Below the pieces are notes generated by a model that saw nothing but the letters and a program-made list of their open reading frames with translations, was not told the DNA's origin and made no database searches. This document shows, one piece after another, positions 1 through 9,309 of a DNA stretch of 64,000 bases; the stretch's first letter is position 1, and each line of letters opens with the position of its first letter. The stretch covers positions 111 to 64,110 of the forward strand of contig CAZWXO010000001.1 of the NCBI GenBank assembly GCA_964637885.1, written 5' to 3'. A program made the position numbers and the translations under genes. Origin of the DNA: an uncultured bacterium. GTDB taxonomy: Bacteria; Bacillota; CAZWXO01.

Positions 1-42
1 GGGCCTATTTTAATTAAATTTTCATTTTTTTATCAATTTTAA

Positions 43-127
43 AGGACAAGCTCAAGCGTTAGTCGTATAATGTGGGTAAAAGTGGTAGTAAGTGTATGTT
101 TGTGGTGAAAAGTGGTGATAATGTGCT
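43..127 (+). promoter_or_regulatory. mraZ/dcw promoter with MraZ-operator-like direct repeats. The -35 is aGGACA at 43-48 and the -10 is TATAAT at 66-71. Repeats are GTGGG 72-76, GTGGT 82-86, GTGTA 92-96, GTGGT 102-106, GTGGT 112-116 and GTGCT 123-127, on a 10-bp period.
   Basis: I read the hexamers and the phased GTGG[GT] repeats directly from the sequence. Their position in front of the mraZ ORF fits the known MraZ autoregulatory operators in Firmicutes. Confidence 0.6.
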
Positions 128-554
128 GCTAGGTGAATACCGCCATTCGCTAGATAGTAAAGGAAGACTGATTATTCCCGCTCGTTTTCGTGATGAGTTA
201 GGCGATCGATTTGTTATTACAAAAGGATTGGATAACTGCCTTTTCGTTTATCCTGAAAAAGAATGGGTGTTGATATCGTCACGGTTACAAGAATTACCTT
301 TTACCCGCGCTGATGCTAGGGCGTTTGTTCGATTATTTCTAGCAGGTGCAAGTGAAGTAGAACCGGATGGTCAGGGGCGGATACTTATCCCGCTTAATCT
401 GCGTCTTTATGCTGAAATTCTCAAAGACGCTTGTTTGATAGGTGTCGGAAGTCGTGTGGAAATCTGGGAAACAGAAAAATGGGAAATTTATTCAGAACAG
501 TCTGCAGCAGATTTCGGGGCAATTGCCGACAAGATGGCTGATCTGGGGATCTAA
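96..554 (+). CDS. mraZ: Transcriptional regulator MraZ
   Basis: First gene of the dcw cluster with a duplicated MraZ/SpoVT-AbrB fold (LLGEYRHSLDSKGRLIIPARFRDELG ... DGQGRILIP). The track ORF starts at 72, but the N-terminus overlaps the operator repeats. By homology the real start is probably ATG 96 or GTG 123 (MLLGEY). Confidence 0.85.
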   Translation: MFVVKSGDNVLLGEYRHSLDSKGRLIIPARFRDELGDRFVITKGLDNCLFVYPEKEWVLISSRLQELPFTRADARAFVRLFLAGASEVEPDGQGRILIPLNLRLYAEILKDACLIGVGSRVEIWETEKWEIYSEQSAADFGAIADKMADLGI

Positions 555-1504
555 TGAAGGAGACGTTCACTGAGATGCATACTACAGTTTTGCTAGAAGA
601 AACCATAGCAGCCTTAAAGTTGCAGCCGGGCATGGTGGTGGGGGATTTTACTTTGGGTGGCGGCGGGCATGCTCGAGCCGCTCTGAACAAAATTACACCT
701 GGCGGCCATTTATATGGGCTTGACCGCGACTTGATAGCAATCGAAAGAGCCTCCGAGGCACTAGTAGATTATAAAGAAGCTTATTCGTTGCGACAGGGCA
801 ATTTTTCCCAGTGTTTAGAATTATTAGATTACGATGGTGAGCCAATTTTAGATGGCGTTGTCATGGACCTTGGCGTCTCCTCTTTTCAGCTTGATTGTTT
901 AAACAGAGGCTTTTCCTACAGAAATAATGACGCTTTAGATATGCGGATGGACCAAAGTAGCGGGTTCTCTGCCTGCGATGTAGTGAATAACTATTCACAA
1001 GAAAAGCTTGCTCAGGTCATTAGAGAATACGGTGAAGAACGATACGCTAGACGAATTGCCGGAAGAATATGCACTGAACGTGCAAAGAAACGAATCGAAA
1101 ATACTGATGTGCTCGCTGCAATAATCAGAGCTGCCATACCAGCGCAAGCGGCTCGCAAAGAGAAGCAACATCCAGCGCGGAGAACATTTCAAGCAATTCG
1201 CATCGAGGTTAATAATGAATTGGATTCAATTAGGCAAGCATTAGATGGGATAGTACTATTGCTGAAACCGGGAGGGCGCGCCGCTATTATTTCTTTTCAT
1301 TCCCTGGAAGATAGAATAGTTAAAGAATTTTTTGTTGAAAAAGCCAAGGGGTGCGTTTGTCCACCTCGACAACTAAACTGCACTTGCCTGTTAGAGTCAC
1401 AATTGAAAATAATTACGCGTAAAGCGGTATTGCCTACAGCAGAAGAAATTGCAGATAATCCCCGAGCACGTAGTGCGAAGCTTCGAGTAGCTGAAAAAAT
1501 ATAG
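554..1504 (+). CDS. rsmH: 16S rRNA m4C1402 methyltransferase RsmH (MraW)
   Basis: SAM-MTase motifs (DFTLGGGGH, LKPGGRAAIISFHSLEDRIVK); position after mraZ. Confidence 0.93.
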   Translation: MKETFTEMHTTVLLEETIAALKLQPGMVVGDFTLGGGGHARAALNKITPGGHLYGLDRDLIAIERASEALVDYKEAYSLRQGNFSQCLELLDYDGEPILDGVVMDLGVSSFQLDCLNRGFSYRNNDALDMRMDQSSGFSACDVVNNYSQEKLAQVIREYGEERYARRIAGRICTERAKKRIENTDVLAAIIRAAIPAQAARKEKQHPARRTFQAIRIEVNNELDSIRQALDGIVLLLKPGGRAAIISFHSLEDRIVKEFFVEKAKGCVCPPRQLNCTCLLESQLKIITRKAVLPTAEEIADNPRARSAKLRVAEKI

Positions 1505-1522
1505 CATGAGGTTGTTTGAGAG

Positions 1523-1897
1523 ATGAGCCGATATTATGAGGGCAATCTAGCAAAAAAAATTAACTTGCCGAACTCTTTTTCTGTACAAACCGAGCCAACG
1601 GTTAAGCGCTATAGAAAACGTAAGGTGAGTCTGTGTCGTCTAAGTGTTATGTTAATTATCTTGCCGATTCTTGTTGCATGTCTTGGTGTGTGCTATACTG
1701 CTAAGCGTACTGAAATTGCCGCAACAAGTTATCAATTAGACAAGGCAAAACGTGAGCTTGAAATGATAAAGGACGATAAAAGCCGTTTAGAAGTTAGTAT
1801 TTTGACGCGGAAAGCAGAAATTGATTTTAACGCTGCCCTTGCTAATGGCATTGCTATGCGAACGCCCACCGTCGATGATGTCAGCGTAGTGCAGTAG
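1523..1897 (+). CDS. ftsL: Cell division protein FtsL-like: small bitopic membrane protein with a coiled coil
   Basis: One TM segment followed by a coiled coil; canonical position between rsmH and the PBP gene. Confidence 0.7.
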   Translation: MSRYYEGNLAKKINLPNSFSVQTEPTVKRYRKRKVSLCRLSVMLIILPILVACLGVCYTAKRTEIAATSYQLDKAKRELEMIKDDKSRLEVSILTRKAEIDFNAALANGIAMRTPTVDDVSVVQ

Positions 1898-1909
1898 ATT
1901 ATACCGAGG

Positions 1910-4057
1910 ATGAGTTTAGTGACGAAAAAACGAAAATCAGGCAGTAGCTTTAATGGCCGTATTTTTTTTCTGTACGTGCTGTTTTTTTTGTTTTTTCTGA
2001 CAGTTATTGGACGAGTCTTTTACATACAAATCTATCGGGGAGATTTTTTTAGCGATTTGGCTTATGAGAATCGCAACAGTACAATTGAAATATCGACTCG
2101 ACGCGGCGCAATTCGCGATGTCAATGGGGACGTCCTGGCAGTGAGCGCTGCGGTTGATACGCTGTATGCCGAACCAAGTCGCATTAAGAATCCAGAAATA
2201 GTTGCGGATATCTTGGCGCCGGTTTTAGAAATGAACCGTCAAGATTTACTGGAAAAACTTACGAAAAAAACTTCTTTTATTTTTATCGAAAGAAAAATGG
2301 ATTCGGACAGAGTCAAGGAGCTTAAGAAGATAAGAATCGATGGGAAGCCGATTCAAGAGTTGGGACTAGGCTTTATCATCGAACAAAAAAGGTATTATCC
2401 GCTGAAAGAGGTAGCTGCTAACGTCATTGGTTTTTCTGGGTTAGATGGTAATGGCCTCGAGGGTCTTGAATTCTCATATGAGGAAACTCTAAGTGGGAAA
2501 GAAGGCGTAATCAGAGGTGAAAAGGATCCTCGAGGTATCGTTATCCCAGGTACAGTTACCCTTGATGAGGGAAAAGAAGATGGCAATGATGTGTATTTGA
2601 CGATTGACGAGCGGGTGCAGAGTTACGCACAGGAGGCCTTGCGCGAAGCTTCTGGCACTTACAAAATTAAATCAGGAACAATAATTGTCCTGCAACCAGA
2701 GTCTGGGAAAATATTGGCGATGGCCAGTTACCCTGAATTTGATGCGAATAGATATGTCGATGCCACAGCTGAGGATCGAAAAAACTTGGCTGTATCAATG
2801 ATTTACGAGCCTGGATCAACCTTTAAAATTGTTACTGCTGCCGCGGCACTTGAAGAAAAAGTAGTGAACAATGGGGAAGAGTTCAATTGTCCCGGCTACA
2901 TCAATGTTAAAGGTGGGCGAATTCGTTGCCATGATAATCGAGCGCACGGGAAACAAAGTTTCGCTGAAATAGTTGTCAATTCTTGCAATGTGGGTTTTGT
3001 TGAACTGGGATTGAATCGCTTGGGGAAGGATAATTTTTTTCGATATATCAGGATGTTTGGCTTTGGACAAAAAAGTGGGATCGATTTGCCTGGTGAAGAA
3101 AAGGGGATTATGCGTGCCGAAAAAGATACTATCCCTCTTGAGCTAGCAACAATTTCGATTGGTCAAGGAATCGCCGTCACGCCGATTCAAATCGCTATGG
3201 CCGCCGGAGCTATTGCCAACGGTGGGAATTTAATGAAGCCGCAGATTATTGATAAAATTGTTGATGCGGCGACGGGAAAACTTGTTAAGGAAATAAAACC
3301 TGAGGTGCGGCAGCAGGTGATGTCGCCAGAAAATGCACGTCAGCTAAGAAATATATTGCAGCAGGTTGTGGAAGAAGGCACAGGAAAGCAAGCTTTCGCT
3401 AAAAATTATTCTGTCGGGGGAAAAACTGGGACTGCGCAAAAAGTAAGTGCCACAGGAGGCTATCTGAAGGGGAACTACGTGGCCTCTTTTGTTGGATTTG
3501 CTCCGGTGGATAAGCCGCGGCTTGTGATTCTAGTTGTAATTGATGAACCTCAAGGAGCATACTATGGCGGCGAGGTGGCTGCTCCTATTTTTTTAAAAGT
3601 TATGACCCGGTCCCTTGAAATTATAGACTATCAACCTGGTATCGATTTAAGTCTGCTTGCGCCGATCAAGAATAGTGATGCTCTTGACATTCAGAAATTA
3701 ACGATGCCTGATTTAGTTGGCATCGCAACTTCGCAAGCTATGGAAGTATTAGCAGGCGTTGGGGCTGATTATCAGTTGCATGGTGGTGGAGAGCTAATTA
3801 CTCAGACTTTGCCGCAACCGGGCGGAATAATTAATGCGGGGGAAAAAGTGACTTTAATTGCCGGAAAAACCAGCAAGAACCGAGTAATGATGCCTTACTT
3901 AGAAGGCTATTCAAAGCGAAAAGCTTTGATTATTTTAAGTGAGCTGGGATTAAAACCAATGGCTAGCGGCACAGGTATTTGCGTGTCTCAAGACCCGCCC
4001 GGGGGCAGTGGAATCGATCCGGGCTCAGCGGTTTGGTTAACTTTTTCGACTGAATGA
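1910..4057 (+). CDS. ftsI: Class B penicillin-binding protein (FtsI/SpoVD-like transpeptidase) with two C-terminal PASTA domains
   Basis: N-terminal TM segment, PBP dimerisation domain, SxxK (STFK), SCN and KTG(T) motifs, then two PASTA repeats. Confidence 0.92.
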   Translation: MSLVTKKRKSGSSFNGRIFFLYVLFFLFFLTVIGRVFYIQIYRGDFFSDLAYENRNSTIEISTRRGAIRDVNGDVLAVSAAVDTLYAEPSRIKNPEIVADILAPVLEMNRQDLLEKLTKKTSFIFIERKMDSDRVKELKKIRIDGKPIQELGLGFIIEQKRYYPLKEVAANVIGFSGLDGNGLEGLEFSYEETLSGKEGVIRGEKDPRGIVIPGTVTLDEGKEDGNDVYLTIDERVQSYAQEALREASGTYKIKSGTIIVLQPESGKILAMASYPEFDANRYVDATAEDRKNLAVSMIYEPGSTFKIVTAAAALEEKVVNNGEEFNCPGYINVKGGRIRCHDNRAHGKQSFAEIVVNSCNVGFVELGLNRLGKDNFFRYIRMFGFGQKSGIDLPGEEKGIMRAEKDTIPLELATISIGQGIAVTPIQIAMAAGAIANGGNLMKPQIIDKIVDAATGKLVKEIKPEVRQQVMSPENARQLRNILQQVVEEGTGKQAFAKNYSVGGKTGTAQKVSATGGYLKGNYVASFVGFAPVDKPRLVILVVIDEPQGAYYGGEVAAPIFLKVMTRSLEIIDYQPGIDLSLLAPIKNSDALDIQKLTMPDLVGIATSQAMEVLAGVGADYQLHGGGELITQTLPQPGGIINAGEKVTLIAGKTSKNRVMMPYLEGYSKRKALIILSELGLKPMASGTGICVSQDPPGGSGIDPGSAVWLTFSTE

Positions 4058-4079
4058 TTGTAGATTGAGGGTGATTGGG

Positions 4080-5555
4080 ATGCTTTTCTCGGAGCTTATC
4101 GCAGATATGCATGTTCATGGTTTTAATAGCAACATCGAAGTAAAAGGGCTGGCTGATGATTCGCGCAAAGTTATGCCGGGAGATGTTTTTATTGCTGTTA
4201 AGGGCCATCAACGAGATGGGAATCAATATATCCAAGATGCGATTAATCGCGGTGCTGTTCTGATTGTTTCCGACGACTTAAGTGCTAAAAATATTTTTTC
4301 TCCAAGCGTTCCTTTCCATTTGGTTAAAAATGGGAATCATTTTTTGGCAGAAAGTGCAATAAATTTTTATGGCAATCCTGCTTCTAAAATCAAATTAGTC
4401 GGAATAACGGGGACTAATGGGAAAACTTCAACGTCGATAATTCTGCGGCATCTAATTGGAAAGATCAATGGCGGCGCCGGGTTGATCGGTACCATTGAAA
4501 ACATTGTTGGAGATCAACACCTGCCAGTCACTAACACGACGCCAGGGATTCTTGAAGTGCAACGGCTATTGTACGAAATGGAAAAAGCTGGCCATGGCTT
4601 TGCAATCATGGAAGTGTCGTCTCATGCGCTGGACCAAGGTCGTGTCAATGGATGCAGCTTTGCCGCCGCAGTTTTTACAAATTTAACCCAAGATCATTTG
4701 GATTATCACGGTGATATGGAAGCTTATTCAAGAGCCAAGCAAAGATTGTTTTCTGAATATCTTTTGCCAGAGGGCTGTGCGGTTATAAATGCCGATTGTC
4801 CCTATAGCAAAACCATGCTTTCGGAGAGAAATACACACGTTAAATCGTATGGGATTTTTGCTGAAGCAGATTATCGGGCGCTTGGCATCACTTCGTCGCT
4901 GGATGGTTTATCATTTTCGATAAGTCATGAAGGGAAAAGCTATGCGATTATGAGCAAATTTTCCGGTAAATTTGGGGTCTATAATATTTTAGCTGCCTTT
5001 TCCACAGCTATCAGTTTGGGAATCGACCCTGATCTTTTAGCGGAGAGGATTAATGAGATGCGTGGCGTGCCAGGTCGCTTTGAACGAGTGCCGGGAAGTC
5101 GCGATTTTGCTGTTTTCGTGGACTATGCGCATACACCGGATGGCTTGGAAAACATCTTGCAAACCGCAAAAGAGTTTACCAAGAGAAGCATTATCGTAGT
5201 TTTTGGTTGTGGTGGGGATCGGGATAAAACCAAGAGGCCGATTATGGGAGCTATCGCCGCTAATTATGCTGACCGTATCATCGTTACATCGGATAATCCG
5301 CGGTCAGAAGATCCACAGACTATCATCGATGAAGTAGTGGCAGGTATCGATTCTGAAGGCAGGAAAAAAACAACAATAACTGTCAATCGCCAACTGGCTA
5401 TTATGGAAGCCATTGCATGTGCGAGAGAAGGCGATACTGTTTTAATTGCAGGTAAGGGTCATGAGAATTATCAGATTATTGGAGGGCAAAAGAGTCATTT
5501 TGATGATCGAGAAGAGGCGATCCAAGCATTGCAGCAATATGGTGCTAGCCGATGA
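4080..5555 (+). CDS. murE: UDP-MurNAc-L-Ala-D-Glu:meso-DAP ligase MurE
   Basis: Mur ligase P-loop (GITGTNGKTST) and DNPR motif; ATG at 4080 is preceded by GAGGGTGA. The track begins at TTG 4065. Confidence 0.92.
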   Translation: MLFSELIADMHVHGFNSNIEVKGLADDSRKVMPGDVFIAVKGHQRDGNQYIQDAINRGAVLIVSDDLSAKNIFSPSVPFHLVKNGNHFLAESAINFYGNPASKIKLVGITGTNGKTSTSIILRHLIGKINGGAGLIGTIENIVGDQHLPVTNTTPGILEVQRLLYEMEKAGHGFAIMEVSSHALDQGRVNGCSFAAAVFTNLTQDHLDYHGDMEAYSRAKQRLFSEYLLPEGCAVINADCPYSKTMLSERNTHVKSYGIFAEADYRALGITSSLDGLSFSISHEGKSYAIMSKFSGKFGVYNILAAFSTAISLGIDPDLLAERINEMRGVPGRFERVPGSRDFAVFVDYAHTPDGLENILQTAKEFTKRSIIVVFGCGGDRDKTKRPIMGAIAANYADRIIVTSDNPRSEDPQTIIDEVVAGIDSEGRKKTTITVNRQLAIMEAIACAREGDTVLIAGKGHENYQIIGGQKSHFDDREEAIQALQQYGASR

Positions 5556-6943
5556 TTGCCTTAAGTAGTAAAGCTGTCGCCGATTTTGCGGTGGGACAGC
5601 ACTATGGATGTGAAGTACAATGCCACAACATCAAAATAGATAGCCGGTTAGTAGTTCCGGGTGATATTTTTTTTGCTTTGCGTTCAGGTATTAATGACGG
5701 TCATTTATATATAGGGGATGCGATAGCGAAAGGGGCAAAATGTGTTGTCTATGACGACCCGGAGCGAGCATCCGGCTTTTTAAAAACAGTTGATATCGCT
5801 CACATTCGCGTCGGCGATGTTTTGGTGGCCTTGCAAAATTTTGCTCGCTCGTATCGCCGGATGTTTTCGGTAAAGATGGTGGGCATTACGGGTAGTGCAG
5901 GGAAAACGAGCACGCGGGACATGGTTTCATTGGTGTTGGGTAGCGCTGGCTCAGTAATCAAAAATGACAAAAATTTTAATAATGAACTTGGGGTTCCCCT
6001 AACTTTAGCGAAAATTGGCACAGAAACAAATTATGCAGTCATTGAAATGGGAATGAGAGGTCGAGGGCAAATCGCCGATTTGTCACGGCTGGTGGAGCCT
6101 GATATTGGAGTAATAACAAATATTGGGTTCTCCCACATCGAATTGCTGAAAAATCAAAGAAACATAATGCTTGCCAAGCGAGAACTTATTGATGCGATGT
6201 CACCCGAGGGGACGGCAGTGTTGCCTTTTGACGATCCTTGGTTTGAAAACTTGAGGGAAGATTTTGCAGGTCGTATTGTCACTTTTGGTGCAAAAGAAGG
6301 CAGCGACATCCGCTTTAGCCTTTTGGAAAGTGAAGTCGATCGAACGCTTGGTAAAATTTCTATGAATAATGGTGAGACTGCGCTTTTGGAGCTAAGAACG
6401 GGGGGAGTTCAGCATTTACAAAATGCTGCGGCTGCTATTGCGTGTGGATGGAGTTTAGGATTTCCTTTACCTGGGATGGTTGAGTCGTTGAAAAGTTTCC
6501 AGCCCGAGGCGATGCGCTTTAAACTCACGAAATTAGCGCGAGGCAACAGTATCGTCAACGATACCTATAACGCCAGCCCTGCTGCTGTGGAAATGGCATT
6601 GTCGACGATTGCATCAGCTAAAGCGAAAAAAAAGATGTTTGTATTCGGTGACATGCTCGAACTAGGTGATTACGCTGAAGAGCTGCACCGCACGGTGGCG
6701 CAATGGATCATTGCAAGCAAAATTGATTTGCTCATTACCGTCGGATCGCTTAGTCGTTTCACGCATGAAGAAATTTTAGCAACGGGAACCATCGTTGCCT
6801 ATCATTTCGATAGTGTTGACCAAGGGGTGACAGAGGTGCCACCCTTAATCGACAGCGATTGGCTAATATTGGCAAAAGCATCACGGAGTATTGGCCTAGA
6901 TAGAATTGCCAATGCGATTATAGAGGAGAATTGTGGAGAATGA
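5552..6943 (+). CDS. murF: UDP-MurNAc-tripeptide:D-Ala-D-Ala ligase MurF
   Basis: Mur ligase family (GITGSAGKTST); placed between murE and mraY. Confidence 0.92.
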   Translation: MIALSSKAVADFAVGQHYGCEVQCHNIKIDSRLVVPGDIFFALRSGINDGHLYIGDAIAKGAKCVVYDDPERASGFLKTVDIAHIRVGDVLVALQNFARSYRRMFSVKMVGITGSAGKTSTRDMVSLVLGSAGSVIKNDKNFNNELGVPLTLAKIGTETNYAVIEMGMRGRGQIADLSRLVEPDIGVITNIGFSHIELLKNQRNIMLAKRELIDAMSPEGTAVLPFDDPWFENLREDFAGRIVTFGAKEGSDIRFSLLESEVDRTLGKISMNNGETALLELRTGGVQHLQNAAAAIACGWSLGFPLPGMVESLKSFQPEAMRFKLTKLARGNSIVNDTYNASPAAVEMALSTIASAKAKKKMFVFGDMLELGDYAEELHRTVAQWIIASKIDLLITVGSLSRFTHEEILATGTIVAYHFDSVDQGVTEVPPLIDSDWLILAKASRSIGLDRIANAIIEENCGE

Positions 6944-7908
6944 ATATTCCTATCAGTCTAATGTACGCAGTGATTATAGCGATGTTCCTCAGTTTGGCCT
7001 TGGGCCCATTTTTGATTCGATTGCTACAGAGAATCAAGCTAGGGCAGAATATCAGAGAGGAAGGTCCTGAAAGTCATCAAATTAAGGCTGGCACCCCGAC
7101 GATGGGTGGAGTCTTGATTATTTTTTCAGTTTTGGTAGGCACAATTCCATTGGCGTGGAAGGATCAAGATGTTCTCTTCCTAATGGTTATCTTTGTTTGC
7201 TATGGCGGAATAGGATTCTTAGACGATTTAATGAAAACTTGGCGCCGGCATTCTTTAGGATTGCGGGCTTGGCAAAAGCTCGTGCTGCAAATTATTGTCG
7301 CCACTTTTTTTTCCTTCTATGTTTTTTTTGTTGCGGAGACCGGTCGCGGAATTTTCCTGCCTTTTGTTGACGGTTCTTTTGATTTGGGATTTTGGATTAT
7401 TCCCTTAATTATTTTGACGATGCTGGCGACGACCAATGCTGTTAATCTTACAGATGGCCTTGATGGTTTGGCAGCTGGGTTGAGTGGAATAGCTTTTATT
7501 GCAATGGTTCCGATCTTGTTAGCTTTATGGATGCCGTATTTTGCTCTGACGGCAGTGGCTGCAGTGGCTGCTTGTGTCGGCTTCATTTGGTACAACTTCT
7601 ACCCAGCTCAAATATTTATGGGGGATACAGGTTCACTTGCACTAGGAGGTTTGCTTGCAGGGATCGCATGCTTATCTGGTACCGAGTTTTTTCTGTTTTT
7701 CACTGGAGGGGTGTTTGTCCTCGAAGCTCTATCGGTTATTTTACAAGTGTCGTACTTTAAGTATAGTAACGGCAAGCGTATTTTTAAAATGAGCCCTTTA
7801 CACCACCACTTTGAATTGATCGGTTGGCCAGAAACCAAGGTAGTCATCCGATTTTGGATATTGTCAGTAGGTCTTAGCGCTGCAGGTGTATTCGTTTATT
7901 TTTTATGA
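6940..7908 (+). CDS. mraY: Phospho-MurNAc-pentapeptide translocase MraY
   Basis: Polytopic membrane protein with DD, NAVNLTDGLDGLA, MGDTGSLALG and HHHFE motifs. Confidence 0.93.
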   Translation: MNIPISLMYAVIIAMFLSLALGPFLIRLLQRIKLGQNIREEGPESHQIKAGTPTMGGVLIIFSVLVGTIPLAWKDQDVLFLMVIFVCYGGIGFLDDLMKTWRRHSLGLRAWQKLVLQIIVATFFSFYVFFVAETGRGIFLPFVDGSFDLGFWIIPLIILTMLATTNAVNLTDGLDGLAAGLSGIAFIAMVPILLALWMPYFALTAVAAVAACVGFIWYNFYPAQIFMGDTGSLALGGLLAGIACLSGTEFFLFFTGGVFVLEALSVILQVSYFKYSNGKRIFKMSPLHHHFELIGWPETKVVIRFWILSVGLSAAGVFVYFL

Positions 7909-7920
7909 GGAGAGGACTAA

Positions 7921-9309
7921 ATGGATTTTGCAAAAACTTTGATTAATAAGAAAGTATGGATTGTGGGCCTGGGTAAATCTGGCCTGGCTTGTGCTCGTGT
8001 GCTGGATAATTTAAGCTGCCAGTTAGTGCTTAGTGATTCTCGCGGCCTAGAATCTTTCACTGAAGGCAGCTTATCGGAGTACCATGTACGCGGTCATGAG
8101 TTTCGCTTTAACGATAATCTTGACAATTCACCGGATGCGCTTGATTACGTAATCTTGAGTCCGGGAATTTCTCCACACCTGCCTGTTTTTAACAGACTCC
8201 GAACTGCGAATATTCCGATAATAGGTGAGATTGAACTGGCTTATCGATTGGGTGGTGAGTTGAACATTGTAGGAATAACTGGCACAAATGGCAAAACAAC
8301 TACGACAGCCTTAGTAAAGGATATATTCGTGCAAGCCGGCTATGAAGCCTATGCTGTGGGAAATATTGGGCTTCCGCTCATCTCGGTTATTGAAAAAGCC
8401 GGCAACGATGCTGTTTTTGTTACTGAACTTTCTAGCTTTCAGTTAGAAACCACAGAATTGTTACGAGTTAAAGTTGCAGCAATTATTAACATTACCCCAG
8501 ACCATCTCGATCGACACGGTGATATGAAGAGCTATATTGAGGCCAAGGCCCGGATTTTGCGTAATCAAGGGCAGGACGATTTTGCGATTATCAATGAGGA
8601 TGATGAGTTTGTAGCTCCTTTACGGGAACAGTGTCGAGGGAAAGTTATTGGAATCAGCAGAAAAAATCTCGAAAATAGCGGTGTTTTTTTGAAAGATGGG
8701 GCGATCTATGTCAACTTCGATAATGTCGGGCAGTTTGTCATCAATCTCTCCGAGATAAAAATTCCGGGAATGCATAATGTGGAAAATTCTTTAATCGCGA
8801 TTGGATGCTGCTTAGCCTATGGCATCGATATAACTACGATGGCAAAGGTTCTAAAGAAATTCCCAGGTGTGCCACATCGACTCGAAGAAGTCGGGGTCGT
8901 GCGGAATATACGTTTTGTTAACGATTCCAAGGGGACCAATGTCGATGCTTCTTGCAAGGCATTGGATGCTTTTCATTGTCCAATTGTGTTAATAGCTGGC
9001 GGCCGAGGCAAGGGAGCTTCATATGGAGAATTTGCTGAAAAAATCAGCAAAAGCGTGGAATTTGTAATTTTAATTGGGGAAGATGCGGATCTTATCAGTC
9101 AAGCATTGAAAAGAGTTGCTTTTTTCGATTTTGCGTTTGCATCAAATATGTCTGATGCTGTCTCTAGTGCTTATCAGCATGCGAGAGAGGGCGGAATTGT
9201 CCTACTTTCTCCGGCCTGTGCAAGTTTTGATATGTATAAAAATTTTGAAGAAAGAGGAGAAGCTTTTACTTTTTGCGCCCGGAAATTGATTAGTGATGAA
9301 AATATATAG
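7921..9309 (+). CDS. murD: UDP-MurNAc-L-Ala:D-Glu ligase MurD
   Basis: GLGKSG Rossmann N-terminus and Mur ligase P-loop (GITGTNGKTTT); RBS GAGGAGAGG. Confidence 0.93.
   Translation: MDFAKTLINKKVWIVGLGKSGLACARVLDNLSCQLVLSDSRGLESFTEGSLSEYHVRGHEFRFNDNLDNSPDALDYVILSPGISPHLPVFNRLRTANIPIIGEIELAYRLGGELNIVGITGTNGKTTTTALVKDIFVQAGYEAYAVGNIGLPLISVIEKAGNDAVFVTELSSFQLETTELLRVKVAAIINITPDHLDRHGDMKSYIEAKARILRNQGQDDFAIINEDDEFVAPLREQCRGKVIGISRKNLENSGVFLKDGAIYVNFDNVGQFVINLSEIKIPGMHNVENSLIAIGCCLAYGIDITTMAKVLKKFPGVPHRLEEVGVVRNIRFVNDSKGTNVDASCKALDAFHCPIVLIAGGRGKGASYGEFAEKISKSVEFVILIGEDADLISQALKRVAFFDFAFASNMSDAVSSAYQHAREGGIVLLSPACASFDMYKNFEERGEAFTFCARKLISDENI

Noticed and set aside
1955-1995. Two T8 homopolymer tracts in the PBP gene, with further T8-T10 runs in mraY (7305-7330) and in the PNPT gene (19286-19296, 19790-19800)
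   Set aside because: They encode Phe/Leu-rich transmembrane helices in an AT-biased genome. Frames stay open and the genes are essential, so phase-variable slippage is unlikely. They are at most a sequencing-error hazard.
2395-3070. Minus-strand ORFs of 63-84 aa inside the PBP gene; similar antisense ORFs at 421-690, 995-1192, 3963-4235, 5800-6021, 7317-7847, 10003-10987, 11859-12867 and 13239-13960
   Set aside because: All are fully embedded antisense to long + strand genes with clear conserved motifs. They have low-complexity translations and no RBS, so they are six-frame noise.
4495-4686. Same-strand alternative-frame small ORFs inside murE, mraY (7155-7370, 7527-7760), xerD region (22907-23122), punA (24904-25098), steA (17075-17293), ackA (55884-56138) and others
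   Set aside because: They overlap well-supported genes out of frame and have no independent signals.
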